This document shows, one piece after another, positions 31,698-41,778 of a stretch of 64,000 nucleotides of DNA (positions within the stretch are counted from its first letter, which is position 1; each line of letters opens with the position of its first letter). Where the stretch lies: the NCBI GenBank assembly GCA_963775425.1, contig CAVZJB010000008.1, positions 192,001 through 256,000 on the forward strand. Reading direction: 5' to 3'. The notes beneath the pieces were generated by a model that ran no database searches, was not told where the DNA came from, and was given only the letters and a program-made list of their open reading frames with translations. Both the position numbers and the translations under genes were made by a program. This stretch comes from an uncultured delta proteobacterium (GTDB lineage: Bacteria; Myxococcota; UBA727; VGSZ01).

Positions 31698-32555
31698 ATG
31701 CTCGGCGCGGTGCTGGAGGACGACGAGGACCTCGATCTCGAGCGCGCCGCGTTCGACGCCGAGCGCGGAGGCTTCGATCTCCTGCGCGCCGCCGCGCTCC
31801 TGCCGCGCATCGAGGGCCGCGAGCCCGACGTCGACGCCGTCACCGAAGCGGTCGACGAGTGGGCCGGCGCCGTCAAGGACGACCTCGAGCGCCGCTCGAG
31901 CTGGCAGGGCCCGCTGCACTCCCTGGTGTCCGTGCTCTTTCAGCACGCGCGCCTGCGCGGCGACCGCGACGAGTTCGACGCGCCGCGCAACTCGTTCCTC
32001 GACCAGGTCGTCGAGAACCGCCGCGGCCTGCCCATCTCGCTGTCGCTGCTCGTCGTCGAGACCGCGCGCCGCGCGGGCCTGGTGGCGTGCGGCCTCTCCC
32101 TGCCGCGCCACTTCATGGCGGGCCTCATGCTCAAGCGCGCCGCCGACGAAGACAGCGCCGACCTCTTCTTCATCGACGCGTTCCACGCGCAGGTGCTGCC
32201 CGCCGAGGACGTCGCCGCGCGCATCGGCCTCCCCCTGGAGGAATTGCCCGAGCACCTGAGCCCGGCGACGCCCGAGTGCGTCCTCGTGCGCATGCTCACC
32301 AACCTGCGCGTGAGCTACCTGCATCGGCAGGACGCCTTCTGCTGCATGCGCGTGCTCTCGCGCCTCCTGCTGCTGCGCCCGCGGGAGGCCGCGCTCCACC
32401 TCGAGCGCGCGCACCTCAAAAGCGCGCTCGGCGACCCCGCCGGCGCCCTCGCCGACGCCGAGACCGGCCTGCGCCTCGCGCGCGACCCCGACGAGCAGGA
32501 CGCCGCCGAGCGCATCCTCGACAAGCTCACGCGCACCGCCGGCTGGATCCAGTGA
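31698..32555 (+). CDS. SirB1/transglutaminase-like domain protein with TPR tail
   Basis: PRNSFLDQVVENRRGLPISLS, LPRHF, FIDAF and ILVRML-like RMLTNL motifs. Confidence 0.85.
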   Translation: MLGAVLEDDEDLDLERAAFDAERGGFDLLRAAALLPRIEGREPDVDAVTEAVDEWAGAVKDDLERRSSWQGPLHSLVSVLFQHARLRGDRDEFDAPRNSFLDQVVENRRGLPISLSLLVVETARRAGLVACGLSLPRHFMAGLMLKRAADEDSADLFFIDAFHAQVLPAEDVAARIGLPLEELPEHLSPATPECVLVRMLTNLRVSYLHRQDAFCCMRVLSRLLLLRPREAALHLERAHLKSALGDPAGALADAETGLRLARDPDEQDAAERILDKLTRTAGWIQ

Positions 32556-32609
32556 CGTCCCGTCGTGCGTGAACGGGCGAGCGACGGGATCGCGTGGTAC
32601 GAAAGCGCC

Positions 32610-33338
32610 ATGCGCACGCACCTGTCACGCCCGTCGCTGCTGTCACTCGCCGTGCTCGCCGCCATCGCCGGCTGCACCTCCGTGGACTCGTCGGACATCA
32701 AGACCCACGGCATCAACCCGGGCATGCACGTCACCTCCAGCGCCGACGCCGCCGGCTCCCACGTCGACGTCACGCTGCACGTCGGCAACTCGCCCACCAC
32801 GTTCGTGAACCTCGCCGACGGCGACAGCCTCACGGCGAGCACGGGCGGTGACCCCGTCGAGCTCAAGGAGTCGAACCTGCTCGGCGTCACCAGCTACAGC
32901 GGCGACCTCGACACGCAGGAGCCGGGCACCAAGGTCACCATCGTCTTCACGCGCCAGAGCGACGAGAGCGCGCCGGCGTCGACGGTGACCATGACGGAGA
33001 AGCTCTCCTTGAGCTCGCCGCAGCCGGGCGCCGCGTTCTCCCGCGACGCCGACGATCTCACCGTAGCGTGGACCAGCGACCCCAGCGACGACGGCGTCAC
33101 CGTGTCGTGGACCGGGGACTGCGTCGAGGCCGGCAGCATCGACGTGGCCGCCGGCGAGTCCCAGGCGACCATCGACAAGAGCACCATCAAGAAGCGCCAG
33201 GGCGACAACGTCGCCGACAGTTGCGACGTCACCATCGCCGCCACGCGCACGCGCACGGGCACGCTCGACCCCGCGTTCGGCGGCGGGGCGATCACACACT
33301 CGTTCTCGGCGTCGGCGAAGGTGACCGCCAACCCCTGA
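32610..33338 (+). CDS. Lipoprotein, beta-rich, paralogue A
   Basis: Lipobox IAG-C and RTRTGTLDPAFGGG. Confidence 0.85.
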   Translation: MRTHLSRPSLLSLAVLAAIAGCTSVDSSDIKTHGINPGMHVTSSADAAGSHVDVTLHVGNSPTTFVNLADGDSLTASTGGDPVELKESNLLGVTSYSGDLDTQEPGTKVTIVFTRQSDESAPASTVTMTEKLSLSSPQPGAAFSRDADDLTVAWTSDPSDDGVTVSWTGDCVEAGSIDVAAGESQATIDKSTIKKRQGDNVADSCDVTIAATRTRTGTLDPAFGGGAITHSFSASAKVTANP

Positions 33339-33400
33339 TCAGCGACCACAGGGAGCGGCCCGCGCTGATCAAGCGCCGCCGCTCCCTCCGGTCGCTGATC
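33337..33400. repeat. 64-bp compound inverted repeat between paralogous lipoprotein genes
   Basis: Arm pairs GATCAGCGACC/GGTCGCTGATC, AGGGAGCGGC/GCCGCTCCCT and GCGCT/AGCGC. Confidence 0.8.
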
Positions 33401-33518
33401 GAGGGCGCGCGCCCGTGCCGCGCGCCGATCTCTCTCTCTCTCGCCGCCGCAGGCTCGTTCGGTCTTCGTGCGCGCGAGCGACGTCCCCGTTACCTCGGCA
33501 GCAGAGAGGGGGACTTCC

Positions 33519-34223
33519 ATGCGAATGCTTCTCGCGCCCATCACCGCACTCATCGCCGCCGGCTGCGCAGGGGGCTCCGGCTCACCGCACAACGGCACCC
33601 AAGCGCTCACCGTCGCCGACCTGCAGCCGCAGATGAACGTCATCTCGCAGCTCGAGGTCGGCGGCTCCCACGTCGACGTGCGCCTCGTGTCGCCGGACGG
33701 GCGCTATACGCTCAAGAGCGGCGACGCCCTCACGGTCACCGCCGGCGACGATCCACCCGTCGACCTCGCGGATCTGACCGACCGCTACGGCGCCGACCTG
33801 AGCATCAAGGCCTCCGGCACCCCCGTGGTGATCGCCCTGTCGCTGCAAGACGGCGGCGACGCCCCGGTGTCGACGGTGACGATGACCGAGCAGCTCAGCC
33901 TGTCCCACCCGCAAAACGGCGACACGTTCTCGCGGGGCTCCGACGCCGTACGCCTCGAGTGGGCCAGCGACGCGAGCGAGGACCCGCTCCAGGTGGCGTG
34001 GTCGGGCAATTGCGTGGAGGACGGCTCCATCGACATCGCCCACACCGACACCGCCGCCACCGTCCCCGCGGGCTCGGTGGTCCACAGCGCCGGCGGCGAC
34101 GACTCCTGCGAGGTGATCTTCTCGGTGATCCGCACGCGCACCGGCAGCCTCGACCCGGCCTTCGGAGGGGGCACCATCACACACTCGTTTTCGTCGTCGG
34201 TGCACCTCACGTCGACCCCCTGA
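33519..34223 (+). CDS. Lipoprotein, beta-rich, paralogue B
   Basis: GAGGGGG RBS, lipobox AAG-C, RTRTGSLDPAFGGG, collinear with paralogue A. Confidence 0.85.
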   Translation: MRMLLAPITALIAAGCAGGSGSPHNGTQALTVADLQPQMNVISQLEVGGSHVDVRLVSPDGRYTLKSGDALTVTAGDDPPVDLADLTDRYGADLSIKASGTPVVIALSLQDGGDAPVSTVTMTEQLSLSHPQNGDTFSRGSDAVRLEWASDASEDPLQVAWSGNCVEDGSIDIAHTDTAATVPAGSVVHSAGGDDSCEVIFSVIRTRTGSLDPAFGGGTITHSFSSSVHLTSTP

Positions 34224-34275
34224 GCGTCCCGCTTTGCCCGCGCGGCGCGCGGCGCACTAGGATGCCGCTGGGATC

Positions 34276-35727
34276 ATGGCCAGCCGCTTCGAGTGTCCGC
34301 GCTGTCAAACGGTGTTCGTCAAGGACATCGCGGGGGATGCCGCTTTCGTCGAGTGTCCCTCGTGCGGCGCGTTGGCGCTGCCCGCCGGCGACGCGACCGA
34401 GGGGGCGTTCGAGCGGGCGGTGTCGGCGTCGCAGGTGGTGCCCACCGGTCTCGCCTCCACCGAGACCGAGATGGACCCGGCGGCGCCGGATCCGTCGGCG
34501 CCGGCGCCGGGGATGTTCACGGACCTGTTGTCGTCGACGGTCCAGCCCCCGGAGGCCTCGGATGCCCCCTCCTCGGAGGAGAGCGCGCCGCCGACGTCGA
34601 GCGCGTCGTCGGGCGGCGCACCGTCGGTGAGCGGGAGCGCCCGCGCGCCGGAGCTCGACTTCGACTTCGGCCTCGACATCGATCTCCCGGCGCTGCCGCC
34701 GCCGCCGACGCGCTCGCCGCTGTCGTCGGAGGGGCCGTCGTTGTCGTCGTCGTCGCTGGAGGGGCCGGCGGTGCACGCGCTGCCGCCCGAGGCGCTGGCC
34801 GCGCTGGCCGCCGACGCCGAGGCGGGCCCGACCAACTCCCAGCACGCGCCGTGGAGCGGGCTGTCCGAGGACGCCTTCGGTGACCTCGAGAAGGCCTTCG
34901 ACGAGATGGCGCTCAAGCCGGTGCCGCCGCCGCTGTCGGGCAGCGGGCTCAGCACCGACGAGGAGCGCTTCCTGCGCGACGAGGCGAGCAGCCCGTCGCT
35001 GCGGCCGCCGCCGCTCAGGCGCGTCGACGGCGAGCGGACGGATCGGAACGCCGCGCCGCCGCGGCCGCCGCCGAAGAAGCGCTCCAGGCGCCCGCGGCCG
35101 ACGCACTTCGAGCTGTCGCCGGAGGCGAAGGACCTCGCGTTCCTGCCGCTGAAGCCGGAGACGTCGGCGCCGGTGGTGCGCCCGCGCCTCGAGGCCGATC
35201 TGCCGGTCCTGGAGCCGAGGCGGCCGGCGTCGTCGTCGGCCGACGGCCGGCGGGCGGTGCAGGCGGAGCACACCGACGTCGTGCGCCCGGGGCGCGAGCC
35301 GAAAAAGCCGGTGCCGTCGCCGCTCGCCGGGCTCACGTTCGTGCGGGCCGCCGCCATCCTGCTCGTGTGCGCCGCGCTCGGCGGCCTCGGCGGGGCGCTG
35401 TCGGCGCCGAAGCCCAAGGGCGCGCACACGGCGCGGGAGCGGGCGGAGCTGCAGTTCGCGGCGGGCAACCGCTTCTACGACGCCGGGCGCTACGACGACG
35501 CGCTGGGTGCGTTCCGCGGCGCGCTGAGCATCAATCCCACCTACGCCCTCGCGCACCGGGCCAAGGGGGCGGCGCTCGCCAAGCTCTCGCGCTACGACGA
35601 GGCCGCCGACGCGTACGAGGAGTACCTCAAGCTCGAGGACAAGGCCGGCGACGCCAAGGACGTCGCCGCGGCCATCGCCCGCCGCCGCGGCGACAAGAAG
35701 GCCGCTGCCGACGCCGAGGACAGATGA
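34276..35727 (+). CDS. Zinc-ribbon / disordered linker / TM / TPR protein
   Basis: CPRC..CPSC N-terminus, long Pro/Ser/acidic linker, one TM, C-terminal TPR (GRYDDALGAF, RYDEAADAY). Confidence 0.8.
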   Translation: MASRFECPRCQTVFVKDIAGDAAFVECPSCGALALPAGDATEGAFERAVSASQVVPTGLASTETEMDPAAPDPSAPAPGMFTDLLSSTVQPPEASDAPSSEESAPPTSSASSGGAPSVSGSARAPELDFDFGLDIDLPALPPPPTRSPLSSEGPSLSSSSLEGPAVHALPPEALAALAADAEAGPTNSQHAPWSGLSEDAFGDLEKAFDEMALKPVPPPLSGSGLSTDEERFLRDEASSPSLRPPPLRRVDGERTDRNAAPPRPPPKKRSRRPRPTHFELSPEAKDLAFLPLKPETSAPVVRPRLEADLPVLEPRRPASSSADGRRAVQAEHTDVVRPGREPKKPVPSPLAGLTFVRAAAILLVCAALGGLGGALSAPKPKGAHTARERAELQFAAGNRFYDAGRYDDALGAFRGALSINPTYALAHRAKGAALAKLSRYDEAADAYEEYLKLEDKAGDAKDVAAAIARRRGDKKAAADAEDR

Positions 35728-36425
35728 GCGCCGCGCCCGGAGACGCGCCGGCGCCCACCGACACGACGTCGTCGCTGCGGCTGGCGCCCGGGGAGATCCC
35801 CCGCACCTGGACCCGGCCCGCCGAGGCCGTCTCCACGCTGCCGCAGCCCGCGCCGCGCCCCGTCACCACCGGCGTCCTCGTCGGCGTCGGCATCGTCGCC
35901 TGCGCCGCGCTCGCCGTGGCGCTGGCGCCGGCGCGGCCGAGCGCTCCCGCGCCTGCGCCTGCGCCGGCTGCGGCGGCTCCGGTGGCGCACCCGGTGTCCG
36001 AGATCCCGCGCCCGCCGGCGACGTCGTCGACGGACCCCGGCGACGTCGCGCCCGAGGACCAGGGCGGCGACGCCCCGGCGCCCCCCGCGCCCCCGGTGGC
36101 GGCGCCCCCCGCGCCCGCCACCGCGGCGACGGACGAGGCGAGGGCGCCGCTCGTCGCCGAGCTGCCGGCGCACAAGAAGTCGGCGGGGCTGACGGCGCGG
36201 GCGATCGCGCGCTTGCGCGACGGCGACTACGCGAACGCCGAGCCGCTGCTGGTGCGCGCGGTCCTGATCGACCCGACGTACCCCGACGCCTGGCGCCACC
36301 TCGGCATCGCGCGCGCGCAGCTCGGCGACAAGAGCGGCGCGCGCCGGGCGTACAAGAAGTACGTCGAGCTCGCGCCCACGGCCCCCGACGCCGCCCAGGT
36401 GCGCGCCATCCTCGCCGCCCCGTAG
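35724..36425 (+). CDS. Membrane-anchored TPR protein
   Basis: ATGA-coupled, TM segment, Pro-rich linker, DPTYPDAWRHLG..YKKYVELAP TPR. Confidence 0.8.
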   Translation: MSAAPGDAPAPTDTTSSLRLAPGEIPRTWTRPAEAVSTLPQPAPRPVTTGVLVGVGIVACAALAVALAPARPSAPAPAPAPAAAAPVAHPVSEIPRPPATSSTDPGDVAPEDQGGDAPAPPAPPVAAPPAPATAATDEARAPLVAELPAHKKSAGLTARAIARLRDGDYANAEPLLVRAVLIDPTYPDAWRHLGIARAQLGDKSGARRAYKKYVELAPTAPDAAQVRAILAAP

Positions 36426-36445
36426 GGCGGGGGCTCGTCCCCCGC
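36422..36445 (+). repeat. GTAG-type REP element
   Basis: GTAGGGCGGGGGCTCGTCCCCCGC, identical to the copy at 40263. Confidence 0.75.
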
Positions 36446-36699
36446 TTCGGAGGTCCCCCATCGTCGCCCCGGTCGTCGGTGCGGCGGTGCTGCCTCGGGG
36501 CCGCACGGAAAATCCCCGGCTGACAATTTTTGCGAGCGGAGCGAGCCCCGGGCAATTTGAACGCGGCCGGCCGCTCTGTCGCGTCGTCGTTCCGGCACGT
36601 CCGCGCCGGCGGGGCCGGGATCACCGCGGGGCTCATTGCTGCCCCCCCGAAGCGGCGGTAACCTGCGTTGTTCTCGTGCTTTTTCCGTCGAGGTGGCCC

Positions 36700-39600
36700 G
36701 TGCTCGTCCGTGTCTCTTTCCTCGCCGCCGCCGCCGCGCTCTTGAGCGCCTGCCCGCAGCCTCCCATCAACGGCGCCCCCGACGGCGGGACCGGCATCCA
36801 CCTGTCCGACGCCGGGCCGATCGTGGCCCCGTCCGACGCCGGCTTCGACGACGCCGGCGCGCCCGCCGTCGACGCGGGCGTCAACGACGCCGTCCAGATC
36901 GAGAGCGTCACGCCGCCCTCGGGTCCCATGAGCGGCCTCGACGCCGCCGGCCACCCCCTGCGCGTCCGCCTCGACGGCGTCGGCTTCACCGGCGACGACG
37001 CCGACGGCAACAGCACCAACCACGTCTTCGTCGACGACGTCGAGGCCACCGGCGTCATCGGCCTCACCCTGCCGACGTCGCTGTCGTTCTTCGCGCCCGC
37101 GTGCAACTCGCCCGGCCCGAAGACGGTGCGCGTGGAAAACCCGCTCGGCGTCGCCGTGCTCGACGGCGGCTACACGTGCTTTTCGCCCGTCACGGTGGAG
37201 AGCATCGATCCCGACACCGGCAGCACCGACGGCGGCGACCTCGTCACCCTCCACGGCGTCGCCTTCAGCGACGCCATGACCGTCAGCGTCGGCGGCCGCA
37301 CCGTCATCGGCCTCACCGTCGACCCCGACGGCACCTCCGCCACCTTCCTCACGCCGCCGGGCAACCCCGGGCGCGTCGACGTCGTCGCCACCGACGCCTT
37401 CGGCCGCAGCGACTTCCAGCTCGGCTTCACCTACGAGGCCGGCTTGCGCCTCGAGTCCGTCACGCCCAACGTCGTCGACGACACCGGCGCCGTGGTCGAG
37501 CTCGACGGCGCCGGCTTCATCGACGACGTCGCCGCCACCATCGGCGGCGCCGCGGCCACGCGCGACAACCTCATCAGCCAGGCGCGGCTGCGCGTCGTCG
37601 TCCCCACCGGCTTGTCGGGCGCCCAGGACATCGTCGTCGACCACGGCGCGCAGAGCGCCACGCTCGCCGGCGCCCTCGTCGTGCGCCCGCCCGTCACCGG
37701 CACGCTCACGGTGACCGCCGCCGTCCCCGCGCGCGCCGACGTCGCCGGCGGCACCGAGCTCACGCTCGTCGGCGAGCAATTCACCGGCGCCACCGACGTC
37801 AGCGTGGGCGGCGCCGCCGGCACGTTCACCGTGGTCGATGACCGCACCATCACGCTCACCGTGCCTGCGGGCGCCGCCGGCCCCGCCGACGTCGTCGTCA
37901 CCACCGGCGCCGGCAGCGCCACGCTCACCGGCGGCGTCACCTACTTCGCGCCCGTCGTCATCGACGCCGTCGCCCCCGCCTTCGGCCCGTCCGACGGCGG
38001 CACGGCGGTGACGCTCAGCGGCCGCGGCTTCGTCGACCCCGCCGTCGTCACCTTCGGCGGCATCCCCGCCACCGACGTCGTGGTCGCGGCGGACGGCCTC
38101 AGCGTCACCGCCACCACGCCCGCGGGCGCGGCCGGCGCCGTCGACGTCGTCGTCACCGCCAACGGCGAGCGCGGCGTCAAGGCCGGCGGCTTCCGCTACG
38201 AGGCGCCGCTCAGCGTCCTCGGCGTGCTGCCTTCGCGCGGCGGGCTCGGCGGCGACACCTTCGTCACCGTCACGGGCAGCGGCTTTTCCAAGAGCGCGGT
38301 CAGCGTGTTCTTCGGGGACACGCAGGCGCTCCCGCTCGACGTGCACGTGATCAACGACAGCACCTTGACGTGCCGCACGCCGCCGGCGCCGGGCTTCGCC
38401 GCCGGCGTCGTCGACGTCAGGGTGCGCCAGGGCTCGGACCTCGCGCCCGACGACGCCGTCGCCGCCGGCGCCTTCACCTACTTCCAGACGGGCACCAACG
38501 TGCTCGGCGGCGTGCGCGGCGGCCCCATCGACGGCGCCGTGTACGTCACCGCGTTCGACGCCATCGCCGGCCAGCCCATCCCGGGCCTGACGGCGTGGGT
38601 GGGCACCGACGGGCACCCCGTGGCCGCGGGCATCACCAGCATCATCGGCACCGCCACCCTCTCGGGCCCCCAGGTGGTCGGCCCGCAGACCGTGACCATC
38701 GCCGGCGACTGCTTCTCGAGCGCCACCTTCGTCGACGTCAACGCCACGGAGCTCACGGCGTACCTGTTCCCGCTGTGCCCGTCGCCGCCTTCGTCGGGCC
38801 AGCCGCCGCCGCCGGTGGAGCCGGCCACCATCCAGGGGCGCGTGTTCGGCTTCGCCAAGGCGTTCTTCGATCCCGCCGCGCTCGATCAGTCCGGGTGCAC
38901 CACCGGCGCCCCGGCCAAGTGCGAGATCGCCTTCGCGCAGGTGGAGACCACCGCGGGCGACGAGTTCTCGACCACGCCCGGCGCGGGCGGCAGGAACGTC
39001 GTGTTCGACGAGGGCGGCGAGTACCACATCGACAACTCGCGCGTCGGCCGCCTGACGCTGGTGGCGCTCGCGGGCATCTTCGATCTCAACAACGGCACGT
39101 TTCGCCTGCGCCAGCTCGGCGTCAGGAACGCCGTGTTCCCGCAGCACGGCGTGGACCTCGTCGACCAGGACATCACCCTCACCATCGACCTCGACGCCAA
39201 CATCGACCTCTCGCTGCCGGACGCGCCGCTGCGCGCCGTCGACGACAACCGTGACATCGGCTTCCTCCCCGACATCACGCGCGTCATCCCGTTCCTCGAG
39301 TTCGGCGGCGAAGGCAGCTTCGCCTACACGCAGGCCGTCGAGGGCAAGCGCAACCACGCGCTCGACACCATGCCCGACGTCCCCGGCGAGTTCCTCAAGT
39401 TCGTCTCGGGCGCCTACACCACCGACGGCAGGAACCTCACCGCCAACACCGGCACCGTCGACCTCGCCGCCGGTGACGACATCGTCCTCGGCAACGGCAC
39501 CTTCGACTGGGGCGCCCAGGACCTCCAGGGCAACTTCATCATCGTCGGCCAGGTGTTCGTCACCGAGCGCCCGGACACGGGCACGCGCTTCGCGAGCGTC

Positions 39601-40266
39601 ATCACCAACACCGACGGCGTGAGCACGCTGACGCTCCAGAAGGCGCCCGACTTCGACCTCACCGGCGCCACCTACCACATCGGCAACCCGGGCGCGCCGT
39701 CGTCGGAGGTCATCGAGCCGGGCGTCGGCGATCTGTCGCGCGGCGGCATCACCATCCAGCCCGTGCTCGGCTTGCCGCGCGTGCTCTCGCCGGTGGAAAA
39801 CGGCGTGCTCGAAAACCGCACGCTGCGCTGGAAGGCCGCGCTCGGCCAGCAGCCGACCATCCACGACATGTTCCTCTTCGACCCGTTCTCGTCGTTCTTC
39901 GGCGGCAGCGACTCGTGTCAGTCCGGCTGCATCCAGGAGGTCGTCGCGGACGGCTCGCGCACCAAGGTGGTCGTCCCCCGCCCGCCGGAGCTCGCCGATC
40001 TGCTCGCGGTGCTGCCGAGCGCCGAGGCCGCGTGCATCACCGACCCCACGGTGAACGCCGCGTGCGCGTTCTTCGGCCAGGATCCGTCGGGCGAGACGCC
40101 CTACGCGCCGCCCTCCGACCTGCCGAACGGCGGGCTGGCGTGGCAGCACGAGGCCATCTTCATCCCCGGCCTGCCGTACGACACGTGGTCCCTGTCCGAC
40201 CTCGCGACGAGCAACCGCCGCGCCTGGACCACCGACGTCCACGTCTTCGTCAAAGGCGCCGAGTAG
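36700..40266 (+). CDS. Large surface lipoprotein with tandem IPT/TIG domains
   Basis: Lipobox LSA-C and about six P..G...GG..VT..G..F..TP..G.VDV.V repeats, followed by a Cys-containing C-terminal region. Confidence 0.88.
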   Translation: MLVRVSFLAAAAALLSACPQPPINGAPDGGTGIHLSDAGPIVAPSDAGFDDAGAPAVDAGVNDAVQIESVTPPSGPMSGLDAAGHPLRVRLDGVGFTGDDADGNSTNHVFVDDVEATGVIGLTLPTSLSFFAPACNSPGPKTVRVENPLGVAVLDGGYTCFSPVTVESIDPDTGSTDGGDLVTLHGVAFSDAMTVSVGGRTVIGLTVDPDGTSATFLTPPGNPGRVDVVATDAFGRSDFQLGFTYEAGLRLESVTPNVVDDTGAVVELDGAGFIDDVAATIGGAAATRDNLISQARLRVVVPTGLSGAQDIVVDHGAQSATLAGALVVRPPVTGTLTVTAAVPARADVAGGTELTLVGEQFTGATDVSVGGAAGTFTVVDDRTITLTVPAGAAGPADVVVTTGAGSATLTGGVTYFAPVVIDAVAPAFGPSDGGTAVTLSGRGFVDPAVVTFGGIPATDVVVAADGLSVTATTPAGAAGAVDVVVTANGERGVKAGGFRYEAPLSVLGVLPSRGGLGGDTFVTVTGSGFSKSAVSVFFGDTQALPLDVHVINDSTLTCRTPPAPGFAAGVVDVRVRQGSDLAPDDAVAAGAFTYFQTGTNVLGGVRGGPIDGAVYVTAFDAIAGQPIPGLTAWVGTDGHPVAAGITSIIGTATLSGPQVVGPQTVTIAGDCFSSATFVDVNATELTAYLFPLCPSPPSSGQPPPPVEPATIQGRVFGFAKAFFDPAALDQSGCTTGAPAKCEIAFAQVETTAGDEFSTTPGAGGRNVVFDEGGEYHIDNSRVGRLTLVALAGIFDLNNGTFRLRQLGVRNAVFPQHGVDLVDQDITLTIDLDANIDLSLPDAPLRAVDDNRDIGFLPDITRVIPFLEFGGEGSFAYTQAVEGKRNHALDTMPDVPGEFLKFVSGAYTTDGRNLTANTGTVDLAAGDDIVLGNGTFDWGAQDLQGNFIIVGQVFVTERPDTGTRFASVITNTDGVSTLTLQKAPDFDLTGATYHIGNPGAPSSEVIEPGVGDLSRGGITIQPVLGLPRVLSPVENGVLENRTLRWKAALGQQPTIHDMFLFDPFSSFFGGSDSCQSGCIQEVVADGSRTKVVVPRPPELADLLAVLPSAEAACITDPTVNAACAFFGQDPSGETPYAPPSDLPNGGLAWQHEAIFIPGLPYDTWSLSDLATSNRRAWTTDVHVFVKGAE

Positions 40267-40286
40267 GGCGGGGGCTCGTCCCCCGC
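40263..40286 (+). repeat. GTAG-type REP element
   Basis: Identical 24-mer to 36422..36445. Confidence 0.75.
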
Positions 40287-40326
40287 CTCGTCCGGCGCGT
40301 TGTTCGCTTCGTTCGCTTGCCTACCT

Positions 40327-41649
40327 CTACCGGGCCGCGCACGTCGCCGAGAGGCCGTAGCGGATGTCCACCTCGCTGCCGGGCCTGGGCACGAAGGCGC
40401 CTGGGAAGCGGATGGCCCCGTCGGGCTCGAGCTGCCAGCCGCAGCTCTGCGACCGCGGCACGAGCTCGGGCTCTCCCGTGGGCGCGCAGTCGGCCCCGGG
40501 GTGCGCGAGGGGGAGGCCGGCGGCGGTGACGCACAAGGGGCCGTCGAGCGGGCCGTCGAAGCGGCCGTCGTCGTCGCAGTCGAGGTTGACGTCGTCGCCG
40601 GTGCCGGGCGTGCAGTCGGCGCCCCATTGGATCTGCGCCACGGGGACGCTCGGCGAAAACGTGCGCAAGAGGCCGGCGGCGTCGGCGCCGAGGGCGTCGA
40701 GGGCGGCGCCGTAGTCGGCGCTGCAGATGTCGGCGACGACGCCGCCGGTGCGGCAGGCGAGCTCGAGGATGCGCGCGCCGTTTTGCGCGTCGCTGTTGGG
40801 CGCGCCGTCGGCGGCCTGTCGGTCGCGGCACACGGGGCCCGTCGCGCGCAGCGCCTCGAGGAGCGGCGCCGCGCGCGGGTCGTCGTCCCCCGGGTCGGCG
40901 TCGAAAGTGGTGTCGAGGACGGCGCAGACGTCGCCGATCGGGGCGGGCGCGTCCTCGGGGAAGCCGACGATGCCGGCGACGGTGACCTTGTTCTCGTTGC
41001 CTGCGCCCTTCAGGCCCTCGAAGAGGCGCTGGGTGAAGCCGACCTCGCTGGAGTCGCGGTCGTCCTCGTCGGTGACGAACACGATGTACAGGGACGCGTC
41101 GTCGCGCACGAAGCCCGCGTTCTCGGCGGACGGCGCCGGCGCCGCGCCGGGGTTGGACGGGTCGATGCCGAGCGCGGCGGCGGCCTGCGCGAACAGCTCC
41201 TCGACGGGCGAGCCGCCGGTGCCGGTCTGCACGAGGTCGGCGAAGACGCCGGCGGCCGCGCAGCCGTCGCTCGTCGTCGACGAGGGATTGGCGCAGGGGA
41301 CGGCGTTCGTGAGGAACCGGCAGCCGTCGCAGCCCCGTACGGGCGCGCCCGCGTACGCGCGCAGCACGCCGCCCTCGCGCGCGTCCGAGGAGACGACGCC
41401 GATGTGGTAGTCGACGTGGCTCACGACGAGCGCGCGGAAGAAGTCGGCGAAGCGCTCGGCGAGCTTCTGCTGTTCCGCTTGCATGGAGCCGGAGTTGTCG
41501 ACGACCCAGAGCACGTCGACGCGCGCGGCGTCCTTCTGCGTGAAGGTGTCGATGCGCTCGGACGGCGCGATGGGGGTGAAGGGCCCGGGGCATTGGCAGG
41601 AGCCCGCGGCGGCGACGGCGAGGGCGGCGGCGAGCGAGGCGGCGCGCAT
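40327..41649 (-). CDS. VWA/MIDAS-like Cys-rich lipoprotein
   Basis: Signal ending AGS-CQC, DVLWVVDNSGSM MIDAS motif, FVTDEDD. Confidence 0.85.
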   Translation of the reverse strand: MRAASLAAALAVAAAGSCQCPGPFTPIAPSERIDTFTQKDAARVDVLWVVDNSGSMQAEQQKLAERFADFFRALVVSHVDYHIGVVSSDAREGGVLRAYAGAPVRGCDGCRFLTNAVPCANPSSTTSDGCAAAGVFADLVQTGTGGSPVEELFAQAAAALGIDPSNPGAAPAPSAENAGFVRDDASLYIVFVTDEDDRDSSEVGFTQRLFEGLKGAGNENKVTVAGIVGFPEDAPAPIGDVCAVLDTTFDADPGDDDPRAAPLLEALRATGPVCRDRQAADGAPNSDAQNGARILELACRTGGVVADICSADYGAALDALGADAAGLLRTFSPSVPVAQIQWGADCTPGTGDDVNLDCDDDGRFDGPLDGPLCVTAAGLPLAHPGADCAPTGEPELVPRSQSCGWQLEPDGAIRFPGAFVPRPGSEVDIRYGLSATCAAR

Positions 41650-41778
41650 CCCCAAGCGTAGCGGAGCCACGCCCGTCATGCCGCGCTCTCACGGCCAAGG
41701 CCGGCCGCACGGCGCCCGGCGAGGCCGCCGCCGCCGTCGCCGCCGCCGTCGCCGGGCGCGGCCGGCAGGGCGGGCCGC

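Noticed and set aside
35863-40242. 1459-aa minus-strand ORF
   Set aside because: Antisense shadow of the IPT/TIG gene, a typical high-GC artefact.
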